From IMG/VR virus record IMGVR_UViG_3300021197_001489, positions 1 to 64,000 of that record: a stretch of DNA of 64,000 nt; one strand, written 5' to 3'. The notes under the pieces were generated by a model. The model worked only from the letters and a program-made list of their open reading frames with translations, ran no database searches and was not told the origin of the DNA. The translations under genes and the position numbers were made by a program. Position 1 is the stretch's first letter. The number at the start of each line of letters is the position of its first letter. Below are positions 9,766 through 19,482 of the stretch, in pieces.

Positions 9766-9945
9766 ATGGCAAAGATAAATTCAACATCAATAGCAATTAC
9801 AGTTAGTGAACTAGCAAAGGACGATAGCCCTGCACGTGAACTTCTCAGTGATGATATTATTGCACAACTAGAAGCAGTAATTACACAACTAGCAAGCGAA
9901 AGTGCCCCTGGCGGCGTGCTTGTAGAAGTACTAAAAGCAGAGTAA
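9766..9945 (+). CDS. Small hypothetical late protein (59 aa, not in ORF track)
   Basis: ATG 5 nt after ATAAATA; MAKINSTSIAITVSEL...; TAA at 9943-9945 abuts the next ATG. Confidence 0.6.
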   Translation: MAKINSTSIAITVSELAKDDSPARELLSDDIIAQLEAVITQLASESAPGGVLVEVLKAE

Positions 9946-9946
9946 C

Positions 9947-10345
9947 ATGAAGTCTAGCAGTCTTGTACTAATTCCGGTTACTGTCTATAGCGGCACCACA
10001 ACTATTACTGGTGGTCGGCAAAAAGGCGTGGGTTACTACCAAGGACAAGGCAACGGACAAAACATCAGATTTATTGCAAACGACTTTCCTGGAATAGTAA
10101 CCATACAAGCAAGTTTAGATACAGATCCAAAAACAGCTGATAGTTATCCAGCAGAATATCCTACTGGACTTATTGAAGCTGACTGGTTTGATGCCTATAC
10201 ATTCCCCGGAGACAGTGCAGTAGATGGATCAACTGCTATTACAACAGACTACAGTATATACTTGCCTGGTAAGTTTACCTGGATCCGCGCAGTTGTAAGC
10301 CAATTTACCGACGGCGAAATTGGACCAATTACACTTAGTTACTAG
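9947..10345 (+). CDS. Hypothetical, probable virion structural protein
   Basis: Beta-rich T/G/S composition in a late operon. Confidence 0.5.
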   Translation: MKSSSLVLIPVTVYSGTTTITGGRQKGVGYYQGQGNGQNIRFIANDFPGIVTIQASLDTDPKTADSYPAEYPTGLIEADWFDAYTFPGDSAVDGSTAITTDYSIYLPGKFTWIRAVVSQFTDGEIGPITLSY

Positions 10346-10363
10346 AAACAGATAAATATCATT

Positions 10364-11665
10364 ATGTTAAAAAAGTTAGTCATCATACCAGGCGGGTTTC
10401 ACCCATTCCATGCAGGACATAAAGCATTATATGATGCTGCGGTAAGCCAGTTTCCAAGAGCAGACGTTTACATTGCTGCCACTGATGACCAAAACGCAAG
10501 ACCATTTCCGTTTAAACTGAAGCAGCAACTGGCACAGATTGCTGGCATCCCCAAGCATAGATTTATACAGGTTGGAAATCCATTCCAAGCCAAAGAAATT
10601 ACTCAACATTATGATCCAGATAGCACACAACTTATTTTTGTAAGATCAGATAAAGATTCAGGAGTGGCTCCACTGCCTGGCAGTGTAAAGAAAGACGGCA
10701 GCGCCGGATACTTACAGCCCCTGAATCGACGCAATCCAGAGCCAATGACAAAACACGGCTTTATGACATACTTGCCAACAATATCGTTTGGTCCAGGTAT
10801 GAGCAGCGCAACAGAGATTCGCGCCAAGTGGCCTACAATGAGCGACGACAGCAAAGCTGATCTTGTTAGCAGTTTGTATCCTGCAGCAAACGACAGTGTA
10901 GCATCCAAAGCAGTGGAAATTTTCAACACTGTGCTAGGTGAAGAAAAAGAAATGATCACTATGCCGCTGGGTATGTCAATAGAAGAGCCAAAGCAAGAAG
11001 CAAAGATTATCAAAACTGATGATTCAGTTAGCATACTACCAAGTGGCGGTATGGGCAGTTACGACGAAGCCACTCTCAAAAGCAACCTTGGCAGCAAACT
11101 ACGCACACTAGCGGATCTACTTGACAGCGGCGACTACGATAATCTTGAATACCACATCTATCAAAGCGGTGCAATGCAAGCAATGATTGAAGCACTTGGC
11201 CAGTACAAGCGTTTTAAAGATAAAAAAGGCAATCGTCCAATCAAGAAAAACGTTGAGATTGATATAAGCAACGAATCAGGTTTTTCACAAGAGTTACCAA
11301 CTATTGACCAAGAAATGAATGCTTATTTCAAAGACAAAAAAGATATGGGCGAGTCAGAAGATTACTTGCCAGAAGACGAGCTGATTGTTGAATATGTATT
11401 CCAAAGTCGTCCACTGAGAGTACTTGACAATATTGCAGGGCGCAAAGATCAAACACCATTTCCAATCAAGTTTGATGACGGTTCGCAAGTTATGGTATCT
11501 CCGGCAATGGCCAAGAAGTTTATGTCAATCTACCTAAGCAAAGATGTTGCTTTTCAAAAACAGATTGATCAAAAAATAAGCCAAAAGTCAGTGTTTGTTG
11601 ATGTGTTCAATAACTTGGTTAAAGGTCTACGCAGTACTGGCGTAACAGTTGGCGACCGCAGTTAA
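10364..11665 (+). CDS. Cytidylyltransferase-like (HxGH) nucleotidyltransferase with C-terminal extensions
   Basis: PGGFHPFHAGH, VRSDKD, SATEIR motifs; late box ATAAATA at 10352. Confidence 0.75.
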   Translation: MLKKLVIIPGGFHPFHAGHKALYDAAVSQFPRADVYIAATDDQNARPFPFKLKQQLAQIAGIPKHRFIQVGNPFQAKEITQHYDPDSTQLIFVRSDKDSGVAPLPGSVKKDGSAGYLQPLNRRNPEPMTKHGFMTYLPTISFGPGMSSATEIRAKWPTMSDDSKADLVSSLYPAANDSVASKAVEIFNTVLGEEKEMITMPLGMSIEEPKQEAKIIKTDDSVSILPSGGMGSYDEATLKSNLGSKLRTLADLLDSGDYDNLEYHIYQSGAMQAMIEALGQYKRFKDKKGNRPIKKNVEIDISNESGFSQELPTIDQEMNAYFKDKKDMGESEDYLPEDELIVEYVFQSRPLRVLDNIAGRKDQTPFPIKFDDGSQVMVSPAMAKKFMSIYLSKDVAFQKQIDQKISQKSVFVDVFNNLVKGLRSTGVTVGDRS

Positions 11666-11723
11666 TTACACCCACTAGATAAACTCTATTAAATACCCAT
11701 ATAATTAACTTCACGAGGAACCT

Positions 11724-12659
11724 ATGGCTGAAGAAATCAAATCTGAAGAGACATTGCCACAAATGCCTGAAACACAACCAGAGCCCGCTGATCCTAACAA
11801 GATTCAAGTAAACATTGACAAAATTAGAGAAACAAAAGTGCATATCTGTTTGCCTTGCTATGGCGGACAGCTTACTGAGTCAACGTTTATGAGTTTTATC
11901 CGTTGGGGTAACACTGCTCGGCAGTTGAACATAGACTGGACAGTGGAAACACTTACAAATGAAAGTTTGATCAGCCGTGCTAGAAATACCATGTCAGCTA
12001 AATTCCTTAACAATCCCGCCAGCACACATTTAATGTTTATTGACGCTGACATAGGCTGGGAACCTTGGCACTTGTTATTGCTACTGCACCACGACAAGGA
12101 TGTAATTGGTGGTATGTACCCTCTCAAGAGCTTGCCAGTTAAATGGTGTGTTAACGGCTTTGACGGTGCAAAAACTGAAGACAATGACAAAGTGCAAGAA
12201 GTAAGCAAAACAGGCACAGGATTCATGTTAATCAAACGTCATGTATTTGAAAAACTCAATGAACATCCAGCAGTGGTTCCTTTTATCAATGACATTGGTT
12301 TGCCCGACGAACTTAACACACATATGAAAACATACTTTGATACTGATGTTCGCGAAGGTCGCTACTATTCAGAAGACTGGACATTCTGTGAAAACTGGCG
12401 TGATCTGGGTGGAGAAGTTTGGGTTGACAAACGTGTGCTACTCAAGCACACCGGCACATACACATATGATCACACTGCACAGCAAGCCCTTTATGATGCA
12501 CTAAAAACAGAGCTTGAAACCAATCCTGTGCCGCCGCAACATCCTGAGCAAGGCAAAATTGAAATGCCAGAACAGCAAGCAGCACTAGCACCTGAACGCA
12601 GAAGTGCAAAAGTACTTGCTAAAACAGGTGGCAAAAAGAAAAAGAAAAAAGCCAGTTAA
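11724..12659 (+). CDS. GT-A fold glycosyltransferase-like protein
   Basis: ICLPCYGG, ESLISRARN, FIDADIGW (DxD), SEDWTFC, KHTGTY; basic C-terminal tail. Confidence 0.7.
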   Translation: MAEEIKSEETLPQMPETQPEPADPNKIQVNIDKIRETKVHICLPCYGGQLTESTFMSFIRWGNTARQLNIDWTVETLTNESLISRARNTMSAKFLNNPASTHLMFIDADIGWEPWHLLLLLHHDKDVIGGMYPLKSLPVKWCVNGFDGAKTEDNDKVQEVSKTGTGFMLIKRHVFEKLNEHPAVVPFINDIGLPDELNTHMKTYFDTDVREGRYYSEDWTFCENWRDLGGEVWVDKRVLLKHTGTYTYDHTAQQALYDALKTELETNPVPPQHPEQGKIEMPEQQAALAPERRSAKVLAKTGGKKKKKKAS

Positions 12660-12667
12660 AGAAAATC

Positions 12668-12691
12668 AGCAGCGGAAACGCTGCTTTTTTT
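12668..12691 (+). terminator. Intrinsic terminator
   Basis: AGCAGCG-GAAA-CGCTGCT followed by a T run. Confidence 0.85.
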
Positions 12692-12710
12692 GTGATTAAA
12701 TTGTAAAAAA

Positions 12711-12757
12711 CGGTTGACCTTTTGGATGTATGTGTTATAATATATGTATAGTTAGAG
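12711..12757 (+). promoter_or_regulatory. Early-type promoter (extended -10)
   Basis: CGGTTGACC-16 nt-TATAAT with TGn; closely resembles the promoter at 59028. Confidence 0.7.
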
Positions 12758-12808
12758 CAAAGGGTATTGTACCCAGCGCAGTTTTATTGTAAAATGGAGA
12801 AGTAAAAC

Positions 12809-13849
12809 ATGGACCGTCTTGTTAGAAAGTTCACCGACGTTGTAGAAGAAGTTCGTATTCAGTTAGAAGCCGAGTTTGGCGTAACCCAAGAACAGTTGGA
12901 ATCATTTCGCAAAAGAGTTGATGCCAACGGACACAATTTTCCAATTGGCAGTAACATGGTAGACATTGACACACTGTACTTAGACTATGAAGTACAACGT
13001 GCCGCTATTGCCAAGCACATCTTACACATCATGAAAACCTACGATCCGCGGCTTTGCACACCTGCTAGTGCTTGTAAGGTTGATGGACAGGACTACACCA
13101 CACTGTATGATGGTCAACAGCGTAGTATTGCTAATGCATTGCTTGGCTTTACATATGTGCCCGCTACAGTGGTAGAAACCAAAGATGTAGCGTTTCCAAG
13201 TTATGCATTTGAGGAGCTAAACGAGACAGGTGTACAGCGTCTTGCACCAGGCGACTTGCATCGCAATGCACTTACACGTTATCGTTTGGGATCACGTGAA
13301 ATTAGAAACGTAAAAGCCCGTACACTGCAAGACCAGTTTGATTTTGTAGGCATTGACTTGCAGGACAAAGGTCAGAGAAAAAGTGCCAACTTGCGCGGTT
13401 CAAATGATTACTTCTTTAGCCACTTCAAGTATGCATACAAAGGCATTGACCTTGATCAAAGCGGCGGCGTACTAGAAGAAATACTGGATGCTATTATCTC
13501 TGTATTTCCGCTACAGGAAGAAGTTGATCAAGGTTGTTACATTGGACTGTACGAACTTGCAAGACTGGATACACGCCAAGAGCTCAATGGTGATTGGATG
13601 AAGCAGGTGCTTCGCAGTGCCAAGAAATACTGTAATTCAAGCGCAACTGTGCATGCAAAGGCCAAGATGCAAAACGCATATGTAAACCCAGGTGCTACTT
13701 GGAGTGCGCCCAGCAACATGAGCAACTTCTTGCGTGAAGTATACATCATGGATGGTGGTACACTGGATCTTCCATACCACGGAGAAGGTGCGCTTATGCA
13801 AGTTGCAACTAACCCTGCTCCGGGACTGATTGCCAAGGCAGCAGCATAA
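12809..13849 (+). CDS. ParB/DUF262-like DGQQR-motif protein
   Basis: DYEVQR and YDGQQR motifs, AFEELNE downstream. Confidence 0.6.
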   Translation: MDRLVRKFTDVVEEVRIQLEAEFGVTQEQLESFRKRVDANGHNFPIGSNMVDIDTLYLDYEVQRAAIAKHILHIMKTYDPRLCTPASACKVDGQDYTTLYDGQQRSIANALLGFTYVPATVVETKDVAFPSYAFEELNETGVQRLAPGDLHRNALTRYRLGSREIRNVKARTLQDQFDFVGIDLQDKGQRKSANLRGSNDYFFSHFKYAYKGIDLDQSGGVLEEILDAIISVFPLQEEVDQGCYIGLYELARLDTRQELNGDWMKQVLRSAKKYCNSSATVHAKAKMQNAYVNPGATWSAPSNMSNFLREVYIMDGGTLDLPYHGEGALMQVATNPAPGLIAKAAA

Positions 13850-14400
13850 TGTTGAAAGAAGCAATTGAAAACTTTCGCCAGCCAGTTTACACAAAAACTG
13901 CTCGTAGCACAGACACATACGCCAGCATTAACAATCGCTGTGCTACACAGATATCACGCCTGGTTGAAGAATACAACAGTGTAAAAAACGATCAGCAACT
14001 GTTGCGCGAAATACGCAACGAAATTGATTATCAGTTGCGTAGGTATCACAACTATGCTATTAAGGAAAACATTGGTGCGCACTACATTGAAGTAGGACTG
14101 GAAGGCAACGGCATCTTTGAACACATGATACCTGCTAGCACTGTGCGTGACCTTTGTATTGCAGGTATTATCAGTGCCAAGCAAGCACTGAATGTGCCGA
14201 CTTGCAGACTAAGCAAACAGCGTGATGATCTGTTGCGTGAAAAGGGTTGGGTAAGCAAGACACCAGACATCTACAATTTTTGGAAACGCTACAAATACTG
14301 CTTTGACACTGAAGGAGTGTTTACCACATGGGATGGACAGGCAGTAAACACTGATATGACACTGAATGACCACTTTGAGTATTTTGTTGTTAAACAGTAA
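13849..14400 (+). CDS. Putative His-Me/HNH-like nuclease (EHMIP)
   Basis: FEHMIP resembles the EHxxP motif of DUF1524/GmrD; stop-start coupled to the upstream gene. Confidence 0.4.
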   Translation: MLKEAIENFRQPVYTKTARSTDTYASINNRCATQISRLVEEYNSVKNDQQLLREIRNEIDYQLRRYHNYAIKENIGAHYIEVGLEGNGIFEHMIPASTVRDLCIAGIISAKQALNVPTCRLSKQRDDLLREKGWVSKTPDIYNFWKRYKYCFDTEGVFTTWDGQAVNTDMTLNDHFEYFVVKQ

Positions 14401-14418
14401 TACCATAAATACTGTATC

Positions 14419-17232
14419 ATGAAAGCAACCTGGTTCGAAAATAAAGAATTAATAACACTGTACACTGATGAACGCTATTTTGGCGCAGATGTGCCTGACA
14501 GTTACGCAAAGCGTCCTAGCAAGCCTGTGCCAGTAGACAGTTTGTTTGGCTACGAGCCGTCAAGCAAGATGGATGACATACATCACAAAGATGAAGTATT
14601 ACAAATTGCATTAAAAATGAAATCAGGTACCTGGGACGGCGACCCTATCGTGGTTCGCAAAGATCCTAAAGGCTATCAAGTGTTGGACGGACATCATAGA
14701 ATGCATGCAGCTCGCAAAGCAGGCTTGGACACACTTGATGCAGTCATAGTTGGTCACGAAGATATAGAATATTCAGATGAAGTCAAAGAACAAAAGGTAA
14801 ATGAAGATACCGAAGAGTTCATGCACGGTGATTGTCCTATATTTGCAATAGCACTTAGTCGACTAAGCGGACTTCCACTACAAGCAATGCTTGATTATAG
14901 CGATGAATTAGATAAAACTGTTCTTGTACATGCTTTTGTAGGGTATAAAAACGGACAAGTAATCGATGCAAGTGGTGTTCGCAGTATCGAAAGCATAGAA
15001 GATGACTATCCAGTTGAAGATGAACCGTATGTTACAGACATAAGTGAAAAAGAATTAATTGCATTAGGTTATGATGGAAACTGTCCTACAATAGATATTG
15101 CAAAACAACATGCAGAAAAAGTATTATCAACATTAAACGAAGCATCGGGTTACATACCAACTGCCGCACAAGCAAACGATCCTCGTTTTAAAACTGCACT
15201 CACTGTAGATGTGCGTCCGGGTGAAGATCAACGCAATATTTCAAAACTGGGTCTTGATCTAAACAAAGAACTGGTAAAGAAGACATCGCCAAAACGCAAA
15301 AACAAAAACTCAGTTCACACACTGCAAAATCTAGGACTAGCTGAAAGTCTTGCACTTGATTACCAAATAATGAAAGAAGATGATCTATTCGAAGTAAACA
15401 TGAGCCCTGGCGCATTGCGTGACTGGGCAAAAAGTGACGAAGCAAAAGGCATTGTTGCAGGCTTTGAAATGGAACTTATTTTTGCAGATACTGAAGGGGC
15501 TGATGGTGATTATGATGAAGCAATACCAGACTGGGACAGAGATGAAGGTCATAGAGGGCGCAGTTTTGATGCTGTAATTGACTGGTTTGACGATGACGAA
15601 TATGGTTATGCTATCAGCAACGATAATCCAGAACGTACCCGTGAACAAATGGATGAAGACTTCTTTGAAAAGGCCGACGAATGGGTAAACTCAGAGTTTG
15701 AAGAAGTAGCTGCTGAAAAAGTTCGTGAGATCATGGACGACGATGTTTGGGATGCAACCAAAGAAGAACGTTACGATGATACAGCAAACGAACTGTTTGA
15801 AAAAAGCTATGAAGCATTGGATGAAGAAGAACAAGAACAAGTTAGAGATACAGCATTTGACTACTATCTAAACGAAGTTGATGAGGCAGTCAGTGATCAG
15901 TACAATAATGAATACTGGGAACAGGCCATGGAAGACTTCCGTGAAGATCGCTGGGGCGACTATACCTGGGTACAATATTACAACGACGCTGATATAACTT
16001 ACATGAGTGATATAGCCGAACGCTTTGGAATAGCCTGGCCATTTTTAACTGGTGGCGGCGGCCTTGGAAATCGCAGTTGGGAAGAAATTGAACAGTCATT
16101 GATCAACGAACCGCTTGCTGACACAGACTTTTCCATAACCATTGGCGCTGGCTATCATGGCACTGCACGGCGCGACAACTTGTTTATTCTAGAACCTGAC
16201 AGCAGCCTGGAATCAGATGATGGCAGTGACACTGGCGTAGAAATTGTATCGCCGCCAATGCCATTGGGACTGGCAACAACCACACTGGAAAACATGCTAA
16301 TTTGGGCCAAAGACCCAGACACTGATGCTTACACAAACGGCAGCACAGGCTTGCACATGGGCATGAGTGTTCCAGGAACAGAGAATGTTGACTATGTGAA
16401 ACTGGTATTGTTCTCAGGTGACAAGTATATACTGGAAAAATACGGACGATCGGCCAACAGTTACACACCAAGTGCGCTTGACCAGTTACAGCGCAGAGGT
16501 CAAATGTTTGTGCAAAATCCAGAGATACTGAATGATATACTGGCAAAGATGCACGACAAATTAGACGATGCCGCCGAAGGCCTTATTCGCGGCAGCACAG
16601 GTGACATGAAGTACACTTCAATGAGCATAAAGAAAGGCTACATTGAATTCCGTTCACCAGGCGGAGACTACTTGTCAATGGACATTCCTGATGTTATCAA
16701 CACCATGCTGAGATTTGCCAGAGCTATGAAGATTGCCAGTGATCCAAATGCATACAGACAAGAGTACCAAAAGAAACTGTACAAATTAACAACCGCAGGC
16801 GGCGAAGGCATTGTTAATAAATTTAATAAACTGTTTGCAGATTATCAGACAGGAACACTCAGTGCCGAAAGTCTAAAGCGGCAATGGGCTAATTTAGTAT
16901 CAGATGAGAATACTACTATATTAAACAAACTAGATGATAAGCCTGATACCAAACGTGTCGGACTTGCAAAGCAAATACTGCAACCCAAGCCAAGTGTGGG
17001 TGCAGACAATGCAGCAGACAGTCAGCAGGTGCAACAGCGAGTAGAACCAAAGAACTATAATTACATGATGCCAATGGTTGACTTGGCGGGCGACGTGCAA
17101 AACACAGCGACAGGCACTGTAACAGCAACCAGCGAAGACGAAGCCAAAAGGCTAATCAATACTGAAGTAAGAGCCCGGAATCCAGACTTGCAACCTCTGT
17201 GGAGCCAAAGTAGAATAGAACAAGGCAGATAA
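14419..17232 (+). CDS. Multidomain late protein: ParB-like N-terminus plus amidoligase-2 (COOH-NH2 ligase) domain
   Basis: PIVVR...VLDGHHRMHAA; GFEMEL, EPDSSL, GVEIVSPP, TNGSTGLH, YIEFRSPGG; late box ATAAATA 14405. Confidence 0.7.
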   Translation: MKATWFENKELITLYTDERYFGADVPDSYAKRPSKPVPVDSLFGYEPSSKMDDIHHKDEVLQIALKMKSGTWDGDPIVVRKDPKGYQVLDGHHRMHAARKAGLDTLDAVIVGHEDIEYSDEVKEQKVNEDTEEFMHGDCPIFAIALSRLSGLPLQAMLDYSDELDKTVLVHAFVGYKNGQVIDASGVRSIESIEDDYPVEDEPYVTDISEKELIALGYDGNCPTIDIAKQHAEKVLSTLNEASGYIPTAAQANDPRFKTALTVDVRPGEDQRNISKLGLDLNKELVKKTSPKRKNKNSVHTLQNLGLAESLALDYQIMKEDDLFEVNMSPGALRDWAKSDEAKGIVAGFEMELIFADTEGADGDYDEAIPDWDRDEGHRGRSFDAVIDWFDDDEYGYAISNDNPERTREQMDEDFFEKADEWVNSEFEEVAAEKVREIMDDDVWDATKEERYDDTANELFEKSYEALDEEEQEQVRDTAFDYYLNEVDEAVSDQYNNEYWEQAMEDFREDRWGDYTWVQYYNDADITYMSDIAERFGIAWPFLTGGGGLGNRSWEEIEQSLINEPLADTDFSITIGAGYHGTARRDNLFILEPDSSLESDDGSDTGVEIVSPPMPLGLATTTLENMLIWAKDPDTDAYTNGSTGLHMGMSVPGTENVDYVKLVLFSGDKYILEKYGRSANSYTPSALDQLQRRGQMFVQNPEILNDILAKMHDKLDDAAEGLIRGSTGDMKYTSMSIKKGYIEFRSPGGDYLSMDIPDVINTMLRFARAMKIASDPNAYRQEYQKKLYKLTTAGGEGIVNKFNKLFADYQTGTLSAESLKRQWANLVSDENTTILNKLDDKPDTKRVGLAKQILQPKPSVGADNAADSQQVQQRVEPKNYNYMMPMVDLAGDVQNTATGTVTATSEDEAKRLINTEVRARNPDLQPLWSQSRIEQGR

Positions 17233-17236
17233 AAAC

Positions 17237-17524
17237 ATGAAACCACCCTTTACCAGGATTGAATTTGATTTGCATTTCCAATGGAAAAAGAACCCACCTG
17301 CATACAGACTGTATGTTAACGATGAAATGTTCACTGAGCGTACATACATTTGGAGCGGCACACAGTACCTATCTGAAATACTACAGCTAGAAGCGCCGCC
17401 AGGCAAATATATCATACGCATCGAAAACCTAGGAAAAGGCACATTTAAAATGCGTAATCTTACATGCACTGTAGGCAGTGCATTAATTTTAGACAATCAA
17501 ACATTTCAGGTATTAGCAGCATGA
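17237..17524 (+). CDS. Hypothetical protein
   Basis: 95-aa beta-rich ORF in operon. Confidence 0.55.
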   Translation: MKPPFTRIEFDLHFQWKKNPPAYRLYVNDEMFTERTYIWSGTQYLSEILQLEAPPGKYIIRIENLGKGTFKMRNLTCTVGSALILDNQTFQVLAA

Positions 17525-17709
17525 AGATAAAAGAACTACTAGAAGATGCAAGTGCAGGATCAAGCGGTGCAGGTAGCATGGCTCCAGTTGAAGTTCCACT
17601 AGGTGCTGTGATCACTCGTGGTGCACCTGCTACAAAAAAACGCAAACGCAAGTATGCTAATGCAGTAGACACTGCTAAATACACTGAACTACAACAAACA
17701 AAGGATTAA
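17521..17709 (+). CDS. Small putative internal head protein
   Basis: Starts MKIKELLE; ATGA overlap with the previous stop. Confidence 0.55.
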   Translation: MKIKELLEDASAGSSGAGSMAPVEVPLGAVITRGAPATKKRKRKYANAVDTAKYTELQQTKD

Positions 17710-17713
17710 AAAA

Positions 17714-18070
17714 ATGGCAAGCGTCACACGGATACACCCAACTTCAACAACACCTAATTCATCAATTGCTCCAACACAATCAGTAGCATTTTTTACAGTC
17801 GATTATATCAATGCAATTAACGGATCTGCTGGTCCCGAAGGAGCTCAGGCTGCTGTGCTTCAAGCAATAACAAACATAGCAACTATCATACAGTCTGGAC
17901 CATTAGGCAACAGTAATACAGAACAAACATTTGCTCTTGACAGAAACTCTTTGCCGAATTCAACGGCAGTCGCAGCATTACAGGCTGCTATTAGAGCCCT
18001 TGGCACATATGATGGCGTTAACCTATCGTCTGCAACTGTTACTGAAAAAGACCTGTATATAGCGGTATAA
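17714..18070 (+). CDS. Probable virion structural protein
   Basis: Ala/Thr-rich; CTAAATA at 17675. Confidence 0.5.
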   Translation: MASVTRIHPTSTTPNSSIAPTQSVAFFTVDYINAINGSAGPEGAQAAVLQAITNIATIIQSGPLGNSNTEQTFALDRNSLPNSTAVAALQAAIRALGTYDGVNLSSATVTEKDLYIAV

Positions 18071-18076
18071 TAAAAA

Positions 18077-18517
18077 ATGTTAGCTGATGATCTTAAAACA
18101 CTTCTTGCAACTGAATATGCATTTGTAATAAAAACACAAAACTTTCACTGGAACGTAGAAGGACCTGATTTTGCACAATACCACAACTTCTTTCAGGAAC
18201 TATACGAAGAAGTTTATGGCATCATTGATCAAACAGCAGAATACATTAGAACACTAGACGTATACGCACCAGGATCATTTGAAAGATTCACAGAGCTCAG
18301 TGTTATCATGGGGCAAACAAAAATCCCAAGAGCAATGCTGATGATTCAAGAATTACTTGATGATAACAGTGCAATACTGCAAATTTTAACACAGACTTTT
18401 CAATCAGCAACAGACGAAAACAACGAAGGCATTGCCAACTTTATTGCAGAACGTATGGATGCCCATAACAAGCATGCATGGATGTTGCGCAGTTTTCTCA
18501 AAGGAAGTAGAGCATAA
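18077..18517 (+). CDS. dps: Dps-family ferritin-like protein
   Basis: NFHWNVEG, HNFFQELYEE, D..AE ferroxidase residues, KHAWML. Confidence 0.9.
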   Translation: MLADDLKTLLATEYAFVIKTQNFHWNVEGPDFAQYHNFFQELYEEVYGIIDQTAEYIRTLDVYAPGSFERFTELSVIMGQTKIPRAMLMIQELLDDNSAILQILTQTFQSATDENNEGIANFIAERMDAHNKHAWMLRSFLKGSRA

Positions 18518-19482
18518 TGAGTATTGATCCACAAGAAGTAGCAAGTTTTGCCGACCTAGTTTCTAAAATGAATTCAATTGACAAAGGCGAAACGGTGAAG
18601 TCCACAAGCAATCATATTCAAGAAGGCATGAAGGCAAACAGCATGAATGCTATACTTGAGAATTTGTATCGAGACCAACCGTTTGAGAGTGCTAAAACTG
18701 TAAGCACAAAAGAATTTGAACCTGGCTATAAGCCAAAGCAACTTCCAGCAGACTTCAAAATGCCAAGTGTTGGACCAGTACTGGGCGGCGACGAAGAGAA
18801 AATCCCCACAAAAGGATACATGGTTGGCGATAGTATCGATGCTGATATGATCCGACAAATGGCTTCTGATGCTGACGAAGTTGAAATTGCTATCACAGAC
18901 AAAGGCGAATACGACGAAGAAGGTGCTGCAAGCAAAGATCAACTGGCACGAGCTGCTGATGCGGCACTAGAATTGCAAGGCATACTGGACGACGATGAGA
19001 ACTTACCTGAATGGGTGCAAAACAAAATTACAAAAGCATTAGACTATCTTGATACCAGCCGAGACTACATGAAGCAAGAGCTTGATGAGTACACTCCGCA
19101 TCCAGGTTCAGAAGAGTCATGGGATGGTGTAAGTCCTGACACTGATCAAACACTTAGTGGCCCAATCAACCCAGCGCCAAAAGCTGCAGAACTACCCGAA
19201 GACAAGGTTGGGATCAAACGCAGCATCATGGATTACGTTGGTGATATTGAAAGCAAAGCAGAAAGCAACAAACTGGTAGAGCCAGTGAAAACATACGAGC
19301 GTGACGGTAAAACTATCAAAATCTTTGGTACCGAAGATGATGGCTATAGAGTAAAAGTCAATGACAAAGACAGTAAAAAAACTTTTGGGAAATTAGAAAA
19401 TGCTGTTCGTGCTTGCGAAACGTTTCTCGAAAGACTAGAAGAACGTGCAAAATTAAAACATGATTATATGGATGAAAAATAA
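18517..19482 (+). CDS. Acidic putative internal head/scaffold-associated protein
   Basis: Contains LPEWVQNKITKALDYL module and several xxE sites. Confidence 0.5.
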   Translation: MSIDPQEVASFADLVSKMNSIDKGETVKSTSNHIQEGMKANSMNAILENLYRDQPFESAKTVSTKEFEPGYKPKQLPADFKMPSVGPVLGGDEEKIPTKGYMVGDSIDADMIRQMASDADEVEIAITDKGEYDEEGAASKDQLARAADAALELQGILDDDENLPEWVQNKITKALDYLDTSRDYMKQELDEYTPHPGSEESWDGVSPDTDQTLSGPINPAPKAAELPEDKVGIKRSIMDYVGDIESKAESNKLVEPVKTYERDGKTIKIFGTEDDGYRVKVNDKDSKKTFGKLENAVRACETFLERLEERAKLKHDYMDEK

